A stretch of 64,000 nucleotides of DNA from contig CAVSKL010000002.1 of assembly GCA_963728475.1 (NCBI GenBank), positions 558,365 through 622,364 of the forward strand. Reading direction: 5' to 3'. Within the stretch, counting starts at the first letter, position 1. Every line of letters begins with the position of its first letter. The notes beneath the pieces are model-generated. The model did no database searches, was not told the DNA's origin, and saw only the letters and a program-made list of their open reading frames with translations. This stretch comes from Candidatus Eiseniibacteriota bacterium. GTDB lineage: Bacteria; Eisenbacteria; RBG-16-71-46; JABDJR01. The translations under genes and the position numbers were made by a program. Shown here in pieces: positions 57,219 to 64,000 of the stretch.

Positions 57219-58784
57219 TCAATGGCGGAACGAGCGCCGCCCGGTGAACACCATGGCCATGCCGTGCTGGTCGGCGGCGGCGATCGATTCCTGGTCGCGG
57301 ACCGAGCCTCCCGGCTGGATGATCGCGGTCACTCCCGCCTGGTGGGCCGCGTCCACCGAGTCCCGGAACGGGAAGAAGGCGTCCGAGGCCAGCACCCTCA
57401 CCTCCGGCGCGACCTCCGCTTTCGCCGCGCGCTCGGCGGCCTGGCGCACCGCGTCGACGCGGTTCGTCTGCCCGCACCCCAGTCCCAGCATCCCGTCCGA
57501 GGCCCCGATCACGATCGCGTTGGACTTGGCGTGGCGCACCATCACCCACGCCCGTTCCAGGGCCCGGGACTCGGCCTCGGTGGGGGCGCGCCGCGTGACG
57601 GGGCGGCGCTCCCCGTCCCCCGCCGGCCCGTCCGGGGTCTGCACCAGCCACCCCCCCTCCACCGAGCGGATCTCGATCCCCAGGGGCGGCGGCGCGGGGC
57701 GCGCGGTCACCACCCGCAGGTTCTTCTTGGAGGCGAGGGCGGCGGCGGCGGCGGGCTCCACCTCCGGAGCCACGATCACCTCCAGGAACATCTCCTTCAT
57801 GGCCAGAGCGGCGGCCTCGGTGAGGGGGCGGTTGAGGGCCACGATCCCGCCGAACGCGCTCACCGGATCCGCGGCCAGCGCCCGCCGGTAGGCCTTCTCC
57901 ATGTCGTGGTGGAAGCCCACCCCGCACGGGTTCAGGTGCTTGACCACCACCGCCGCGGGGTCGTCGTAGGCGTGGACCAGCTTGTGGGCGGCGTCCAGGT
58001 CCAGGTAGTTGTTGTAGCTGAGCTCCTTCCCCTGGAGCTGCCGGAGCGCGGCCAGCCCCTCCGCCGGGAGCCCCCCCGGGCGATAGAGGGCCCCCCGCTG
58101 GTGGGGGTTCTCGCCGTAACGCAGGGAGGCGGTTCGCACGAATCCCAGGGGGAGGCGCTCGGGGAGCGTCTCCGCCTCCCCCGGCCCGGGGGCGGCATCG
58201 GGCTCGCGGGCCAGCCGCGCGCTGATGGCGGCGTCGTAGGCGGCGGTGCGGGTGAAGACCTTGGCCGCCAGCCTTCGCGACAGGGTCACCGGCACCCCGC
58301 CCTCCCGGAGCGCCTCGATCACCGCGGGATAGTCGGCGGGGTCGCACACCGGCACCACGTGGTCGGCGTTCTTGGACGCGGCGCGGAGCAGGGTGGGCCC
58401 GCCGATGTCGATCTCCTCGATCAGCGCCTCGTGGCTCAGCCCCTCCCGGACCGCCGCCTCCTCGAACGGATAGAGGTTCACCACCACCAGGTCGATGAGC
58501 CCGACCTCCAGCCGTTTCACCTGCTCGAGATGCTCGGGCCGGGACCGGTCGGCGAGAATGCCGGCGTGGATCTTGGGGTGGAGGGTCTTCACCCGGCCGT
58601 CCAGGCACTCGGGAAATCCGGTGGCTTCGCTCACCTCGGCCACCCGGACCCCGGCCTCGCGGAGGCGGGCGGCGGTGCCGCCGGTGGAGAGCACCTCCAC
58701 CCCGGCCGCGGCCAGGGCGCGGCCCAGGTCCGCGAGCCCCGTCTTGTCGGACACGCTCACCAGCGCTCTGCGGACGGTGATCAT
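57219..58784 (-). CDS. purH: Bifunctional AICAR transformylase/IMP cyclohydrolase
   Basis: [46 protein letters not shown]. Confidence 0.97.
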   Translation of the reverse strand: MITVRRALVSVSDKTGLADLGRALAAAGVEVLSTGGTAARLREAGVRVAEVSEATGFPECLDGRVKTLHPKIHAGILADRSRPEHLEQVKRLEVGLIDLVVVNLYPFEEAAVREGLSHEALIEEIDIGGPTLLRAASKNADHVVPVCDPADYPAVIEALREGGVPVTLSRRLAAKVFTRTAAYDAAISARLAREPDAAPGPGEAETLPERLPLGFVRTASLRYGENPHQRGALYRPGGLPAEGLAALRQLQGKELSYNNYLDLDAAHKLVHAYDDPAAVVVKHLNPCGVGFHHDMEKAYRRALAADPVSAFGGIVALNRPLTEAAALAMKEMFLEVIVAPEVEPAAAAALASKKNLRVVTARPAPPPLGIEIRSVEGGWLVQTPDGPAGDGERRPVTRRAPTEAESRALERAWVMVRHAKSNAIVIGASDGMLGLGCGQTNRVDAVRQAAERAAKAEVAPEVRVLASDAFFPFRDSVDAAHQAGVTAIIQPGGSVRDQESIAAADQHGMAMVFTGRRSFRH

Positions 58785-59716
58785 GACCAGCTCTCCCGGT
58801 CGAAGCGGAGCGGGCGCTCGCGGTCCACCAGCCGCTCGTAGGCTTCGGCGTAGCGGCGGGCGGTGGCCGCGGCCACCGAGCCGGGAAGCGGGGGCGCCGG
58901 CGGAGTCTTGTCCCAGGGGAGCCCCTCCAGGTAGTCCCGCAGGTACTGCTTGTCGAAGGAGTCCTGGGACCGGCCGGGAGCGTAGGCGTCGGCGGGCCAG
59001 AACCGCGACGAGTCCGGAGTCAGCACCTCGTCGATGAGGGTGATGCGATCCCCCACCAGGCCGAACTCGAACTTGGTGTCGGCGACGAGGATGCCGCGGC
59101 CGGCGCAGTAGGCGGCCACGTTGCGGTAGATGGAGATCGAGAGGTCGCGGAGGCGCGCGGCGTAGTCGGCGCCCACGATCGAGGCCATCCGCTCGAAGGG
59201 GATGTTCTCGTCGTGCCCCTCATCGGCCTTGGTGGCGGGGGTGAAGATCGGCTCGGGGAGCTTGTCGGACTCGCGGAGCCCTTCCGGGAGCCGGATGCCG
59301 CACACCGCGCCGGTCCGGCGGTATTCCCTCCACCCCGAGCCGGCCAGGTACCCGCGGACCACGCACTCCACGTCGAAGCGCCTGGCCTTGTGCACCAGCA
59401 GCGTGCGCCCCTCCAGCACTTCACGATACGCTTGAAATTCAACCGGAAAGTCGCTGACGTTCTTTGAGATGTAGTGATGCGCGATCACGGGAGCGAGGGC
59501 GTCGAACCAGGTGACCGAAAGCGCGGTGAGCACCTTCCCTTTTCCCGGGATGCCGGTGGGAAGGATGCAGTCGAAGGCGGAGATCCGGTCGGTGGCGACC
59601 ATGAGCATGCGGTCGCCGAGATCGAACATCTCGCGGACCTTGCCCCGGTGGGCGGGGCGGAGCCCTCCGAGGTTCAGGGTGGTCAGGGGGACCCCGGCGT
59701 GGGAGTCGGCGGTCAT
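58781..59716 (-). CDS. purC: SAICAR synthase
   Basis: GKVRE, TDRISAFD, ECVVRGY, DTKFEFG, DEVLTPDSSRFW. Confidence 0.97.
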   Translation of the reverse strand: MTADSHAGVPLTTLNLGGLRPAHRGKVREMFDLGDRMLMVATDRISAFDCILPTGIPGKGKVLTALSVTWFDALAPVIAHHYISKNVSDFPVEFQAYREVLEGRTLLVHKARRFDVECVVRGYLAGSGWREYRRTGAVCGIRLPEGLRESDKLPEPIFTPATKADEGHDENIPFERMASIVGADYAARLRDLSISIYRNVAAYCAGRGILVADTKFEFGLVGDRITLIDEVLTPDSSRFWPADAYAPGRSQDSFDKQYLRDYLEGLPWDKTPPAPPLPGSVAAATARRYAEAYERLVDRERPLRFDRESWS

Positions 59717-59743
59717 GATGTCCTCCTCTGGGGGTTGGGAGTC

Positions 59744-60355
59744 TCAGGATGCAAAGACGACGCGGCGTCCCTCCAGGCGGAACCTGCCCTCGATGAGCCG
59801 CGACAGGGCTTCGGGATAGAGCGTGTGTTCCTCGGCAAGGATCCGCGCCTCCAGGCTCTCCTCGGTGTCGTGGTCGAGGACCGGGATCGCGCGCTGGGCC
59901 ACCACCGGACCGGTGTCCACGCCCTCGTCCACCAAGTGGACGGTGCACCCGGCCACGCGGACGCCGTAGGCGAACGCCTGCCGCTGGGCGTGGAGGCCGG
60001 GGAAGGCGGGAAGGAGCGAGGGGTGGATGTTCACCACCCGCCCCGGGAAGCCGCGAAGGAGGGCCGGGCCCACGATGCGCAGGAACCCGGCCAGGGCGAC
60101 CCACTCCGCCCCTGCCTCGCGCAGCGCCGCCACGTAGGCGTCCTCCGCCTCCGGGGTGAGCCGGGCCCCCGGGCGGCCCGGATCCAGGTACCGGGCGGGA
60201 ACCCCGCGGCGGGTGGCCGCGTCCAGCACCGGGGCCCGGGGGTTGTCGGAGAGGACCACTCCCACCCGGGCGCGCAGGCGGCCCTCCGCGGCCGCGCCGA
60301 TGAGCGCGTCGCAGTTGGAGCCCCGGCCCGAGGCGAGGATGCCGATCGTGGTCAC
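59744..60355 (-). CDS. purN: Phosphoribosylglycinamide formyltransferase
   Basis: ASGRGSN, LAGFLR, NIHPSLLP, GCTVH, DTGP, EH; GTG start overlaps the comEC stop. Confidence 0.95.
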   Translation of the reverse strand: MTTIGILASGRGSNCDALIGAAAEGRLRARVGVVLSDNPRAPVLDAATRRGVPARYLDPGRPGARLTPEAEDAYVAALREAGAEWVALAGFLRIVGPALLRGFPGRVVNIHPSLLPAFPGLHAQRQAFAYGVRVAGCTVHLVDEGVDTGPVVAQRAIPVLDHDTEESLEARILAEEHTLYPEALSRLIEGRFRLEGRRVVFAS

Positions 60356-62730
60356 CGAAGCGTGCTTCCCCTCCGAAAAGCCGAAACAGTACCAGAGGCC
60401 CCGCGGACCGGCAACCGGCCGGGGCCGGTCCCGGCCCGCGGCGGATGAAGCGCCACCGCCGGCGGGGGCCGGCGGGCGTCCACCACGACGGCGCCGTCCC
60501 GGTCGGTGCGATAGACCGTGATCCCCCGCGCGGCCAGCGCGGCCACCGTCTCCGGCGAGGGGTGGCCGTAGCGGTTGCCCACCCCGCACGAGATCACCGC
60601 GATCCGGGGCCGCACCCGATCCAGGAAGACCGGGGTGCTCGAGGTCCGGCTCCCGTGATGCCCCACCTTGAGGATCTCCGAGCGGAGGGGTTCTCCGCTC
60701 GCCGCGCACCAGGCCTCGGCGTGGCGCTCGCCGTCCCCGGCGAAGAGCGCGGAGGTGCTTCCGTCCACCACCCGCACCATCAGCGAGGCCTCGTTGAGGT
60801 TCCCGTAGGGGACCGGACCGGTGGGGTCGCCCCGGGGCGGATGCAGGGCGACGATGGTGGCGCCGGGGGCGGCGTACAGGGTGTCCCCCGCCGCGACCAG
60901 GCAGGCCGCCAGCGCGTGGGCGGCGAGCGCGCTGTCCACGGCGGCGCCGGTCCCCCGCCCCATGCCGTAGCCGGCGTCGTAGACCCGCTCCACCCGGATT
61001 CCCTCCAGGAAGGGTCCCAGCGCCCCCACGTGATCGCGGTGGCGGTGGGAGAGGATGAGCCCGTCCACCCGCCGCACCCGCCGGCGGCGGAGGAAAGGGA
61101 GGACCGCGTTCCGGGCGGCGTCGCCGGGACCCCGGTCGTCCCCCACGTCCACCGCCCACACCGTGCCGTCGGAGAGCCGGAAGACCGCGGCGTCCCCCTG
61201 CCCCACGTCCAGGAACGCGAACCAGGGCCCGGGCGGGGGGGGCCAGGGGGCCAGGGTGAGGAGGGCGGCGGCGCCGGCAAGGCCGGCGGCGAGGCCTCGG
61301 GCGGAGGCGCGGAGGCGGAGGGAGCGGGGGGCGGCGAACCACCCCGCGACGATCGCCGGGTAGAGCGCCGCCGTCCACGGAGGCGGCATGGGCAGCCCTT
61401 CGACGAACGGGGCATGGCGGGAGAACGCGCCCAGGATCCAGCCGATCGCCGCTCCCAGGAGCCGGGCCGCCCCCGCGAAGGCCGGCCCCAGGCCGGGGAC
61501 CGGCGCCGCGGCCAGGGCCAGGAGCACCGCGGGAAGAAAGAGCCCGGCCAGCGGGATCACCGCCAGGTTCGGCAAGAGGGCGAGGGGCGAGACGGCGCCG
61601 AACACCGCGATCGACGCGGGCAGGGTCCCCCACTGCGCGCCCAGCCCCGCCCCCACCGGACCGAGGAGCGCGGCCCGCCGCCCGTGGCCGGGGCGGAGGA
61701 GTTCCAGCGCGAGGAGGATCCCCGCCACCGCCCCCACCGAGAGAAGGAAGCCCACCGAGCCGGCCAGGCCCGGGGCGGCCAGGAGGAGCCAGGGGAGCGC
61801 CAGCGCGAGCCACTGGAGGGCGGGGCGGGGCCTGCGGGAGAGGAGGCCCGCCGCGAACAGGGAGGCCATGGCCGCCGCCCGCACCGAGGACGGAGAGAAG
61901 GCGGCAAGCGCGCTGTATCCCCAACCCACCCCCGCCGCCAGGGCGTACCGCGGGCCCCGCGGGAGCGCCCCGAGGACGAGGAGCGCGAGCCCCACCGCCA
62001 GCCCCACGTGGAGCCCGCTCACCGCGGTGAGATGGAGCGCGCCGGAGCGGCGGAACGCTTCGCGCTCCCCGGGGCGGAGCGCGTGGGAGCGACCGAGGAG
62101 CATGGCGCGGGCGAGCCGGCCGGGAAAGCCGGGAAGAAGGGCGCGGGTGCGCGCGGCCAGGGCGGCCCGGCGGCTGAGGCCGGCCGGGGGCGGACCCGGT
62201 CCCCACTCCGGGGCCGCGCCCCGGTCGGGAACGATCCGGCCGGCGGCCCGCGGGTCGGCGCGGGCGCCGGGGTTGGTGACCCCGCGGTCGGGCTCCACCC
62301 GGCCCGCCACCCGGAGCCACCGCGACCGGGGGAGCGCGCCCCAGCCCACCGGCCCCCACCCGCGGAGCACGTAGGGGCGCGCCACCGGCCGGCCGTCCAC
62401 TGCGCGCACCCGGAGCCGGAATCCCACCCCGCTCTCCCCCGCCTCCCAGGAGAGGATCCGGCCGGCCACCGCGGCGTGCTCGCGGCGCAGCGGGGCCTCG
62501 GGGGGGGGCGCGGCGCGCAGGGCCCCCGCGGCCCCCGCCGCCAGAACCACCGCCAGCATCGAGGCCGCATGACCGCGGAGCCGCCGGCGGTCGCGGGTGA
62601 GCGCCACCAGGACCACTGCGGCCGCCCCCAGCGCGGCCCAGGACCGGTCGGAGAGGAGCGGGGAGAGCCGGACCCCGGCGGCGAGGGCGGCGGCGACTGC
62701 CGGCCCCGTGGGAAGCCTCCATCCGGACAT
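60352..62730 (-). CDS. comEC: DNA internalization competence protein ComEC/Rec2 with metallo-beta-lactamase domain
   Basis: HLTAVSGLH, PSSVRA, LDVGQGDA, SHRHRDH, VGHHGS, YGHP, RTDRDG. Confidence 0.93.
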   Translation of the reverse strand: MSGWRLPTGPAVAAALAAGVRLSPLLSDRSWAALGAAAVVLVALTRDRRRLRGHAASMLAVVLAAGAAGALRAAPPPEAPLRREHAAVAGRILSWEAGESGVGFRLRVRAVDGRPVARPYVLRGWGPVGWGALPRSRWLRVAGRVEPDRGVTNPGARADPRAAGRIVPDRGAAPEWGPGPPPAGLSRRAALAARTRALLPGFPGRLARAMLLGRSHALRPGEREAFRRSGALHLTAVSGLHVGLAVGLALLVLGALPRGPRYALAAGVGWGYSALAAFSPSSVRAAAMASLFAAGLLSRRPRPALQWLALALPWLLLAAPGLAGSVGFLLSVGAVAGILLALELLRPGHGRRAALLGPVGAGLGAQWGTLPASIAVFGAVSPLALLPNLAVIPLAGLFLPAVLLALAAAPVPGLGPAFAGAARLLGAAIGWILGAFSRHAPFVEGLPMPPPWTAALYPAIVAGWFAAPRSLRLRASARGLAAGLAGAAALLTLAPWPPPPGPWFAFLDVGQGDAAVFRLSDGTVWAVDVGDDRGPGDAARNAVLPFLRRRRVRRVDGLILSHRHRDHVGALGPFLEGIRVERVYDAGYGMGRGTGAAVDSALAAHALAACLVAAGDTLYAAPGATIVALHPPRGDPTGPVPYGNLNEASLMVRVVDGSTSALFAGDGERHAEAWCAASGEPLRSEILKVGHHGSRTSSTPVFLDRVRPRIAVISCGVGNRYGHPSPETVAALAARGITVYRTDRDGAVVVDARRPPPAVALHPPRAGTGPGRLPVRGASGTVSAFRRGSTLR

Positions 62731-62780
62731 GGCGCGGGTCCTCCGGACGGGGAGGTGCCGGCGGGGGGAGCCCGCCCGGA

Positions 62781-64000
62781 TCAGGGCAGAACGAGAACGG
62801 GAACCGCCCGGGACGAGCCCGCGGAGGCGCGGATCCGGGCGTAGTAGATGCCTGCGGGGACGCGGCCGGAGCCGCTTCGCCGGTCCCAGCGGAAGGAGGC
62901 GGGAAGCACCGAGGGCGCGGAGACGAAGATCCTCCGCCCGGCCACGTCGAACACCTCGAGCCGGGCCTCGCCGGCCCCCACCGCCCGGAAGAGCGGGGAT
63001 CCCGGCCCCTCCACCCGCGCCAGCGCCGGACGGGCGCTCCGGATCGTGGACTCCTGCTCGGGGACGGGGATCCGGCCGCCGGCGGCCGGCCGCCGCTTCA
63101 GGAGCCGCTGCCGCGCCGACTCGCACACGTTCCAGACTTGCTCCATCTGGTCAGGGTTCTCCCAGGAGCCCCGCGTCAGGACCAGCTGCTCCAGGTCGCC
63201 GATCCAGGCGTCGAACCGGCTCACCGCCCCAGGATCCACCGGCATGGGGTCGCCCTCGTGGTTCACGTAGATGGGGCTGGTGAGCGCTTCCAGGTTGCTC
63301 CACACGTCGGTGGGTCCGGGATGCTTGCCCACCAGGCGCGCCACCACCCACCCCGATTGCGGCGGAAGGTAGATGCGGAAACCCTGCTCGAGCTCGCGGT
63401 CGAAGGCGGGCAGGGCCAGGCTCGCGGTCAGCCGGCCGTTGAAATAGATCTCCAGGGTCTCCACCGGCTCCCGGCTGAAGAGCCGGAGACGGCAATCGAC
63501 CGGGTCGGTGCCGCCGCCGGCCGTGTTCAGGGTCCCCCCGATGCCGACCCCGTTCAGGGTGAACTCCACCGGGAGCGGCCCGTTGGTCCCGAAGCTCCTC
63601 CCCGCCCGGAGCCCGGCCAGCCAGTGGTCGTAATTGAAGGCGCCGCTCGGCTGCACGTAGACCCGGAAACCGCCGGGAGGGGGGTCGGTGAGGCGGTTCA
63701 CCGAGGCGTCGGTGCCCACCGAGAGCGGAAGATGGAACCCCAGGTTCAACAGGTCGAACCAGAGCTGCCGCGAGACGGTCTGGTCGTAGTTTGAGTAGGA
63801 ATAGACGTCGACGGCGTCGATCCTCCCCACCAAGAGATCCACCGGCAGCTCGCGCCCGAATCCACTGTAGGGCCACGCGAGATCGGCGTCGCCCATCTCG
63901 ACCGGGTTCATGGTCACCGGGTGGGCGAAGATCACCGTCGCCCCCTGGTCGTGGGCCAGCGCGGCCACGTCGCAATTGAGCGGCACCGCGGGATAACCGG
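62781..64000 (-). CDS. PHP/CehA-McbA-like metallohydrolase with FlgD-like C-terminal domain (5'-truncated by window edge)
   Basis: AHP, ELPVD, W..LLN.GF, GTDA, RVYV, GRSFGTNGP, ALTSPIY; C-terminal VFDVAGR...PAGIYY; frame open to the window edge. Confidence 0.7.
   Translation of the reverse strand, partial: GYPAVPLNCDVAALAHDQGATVIFAHPVTMNPVEMGDADLAWPYSGFGRELPVDLLVGRIDAVDVYSYSNYDQTVSRQLWFDLLNLGFHLPLSVGTDASVNRLTDPPPGGFRVYVQPSGAFNYDHWLAGLRAGRSFGTNGPLPVEFTLNGVGIGGTLNTAGGGTDPVDCRLRLFSREPVETLEIYFNGRLTASLALPAFDRELEQGFRIYLPPQSGWVVARLVGKHPGPTDVWSNLEALTSPIYVNHEGDPMPVDPGAVSRFDAWIGDLEQLVLTRGSWENPDQMEQVWNVCESARQRLLKRRPAAGGRIPVPEQESTIRSARPALARVEGPGSPLFRAVGAGEARLEVFDVAGRRIFVSAPSVLPASFRWDRRSGSGRVPAGIYYARIRASAGSSRAVPVLVLP

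Overview
Very GC-rich chromosomal segment of a diderm bacterium. It is probably from the FCB superphylum or a relative (Eisenbacteria/Krumholzibacteria/Latescibacteria-like); this is inferred from the FCB-type SecA insertion, the Big_5 lipoprotein and T9SS/FlgD-like C-terminal domains. The window appears to span the replication terminus. By my gene calls, 23 of 24 genes left of ~28.7 kb lie on + and 22 of 23 genes to the right lie on -. A 28-bp dif site (28702-28729) sits exactly at the switch, with xerD ~6 kb and xerC ~15 kb away. Content is mostly housekeeping (nadK, recN, trpGD/trpC, tRNA-Arg, lptE, holA, leuS, uvrC, rpsT, dapA, argF, secA, guaA, purHCN, comEC), plus nucleotide-sugar, signalling and secreted-hydrolase genes. 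The most notable items are: (1) a coupled three-gene operon resembling the plant isoprenoid-alcohol salvage pathway (prenol kinase, FLDH-like SDR, DUF92/VTE6-like); (2) a YqhH-type SNF2 ATPase with an N-terminal PcrA/UvrD-like Tudor domain and a YqhG-like partner; (3) three apparent pseudo-enzyme domains; (4) sigma28-like promoters before signalling and polysaccharide genes; (5) two homopolymer frameshifts. No CRISPR array, prophage or IS element was seen. All family assignments come from motif recognition; no database searches were run.
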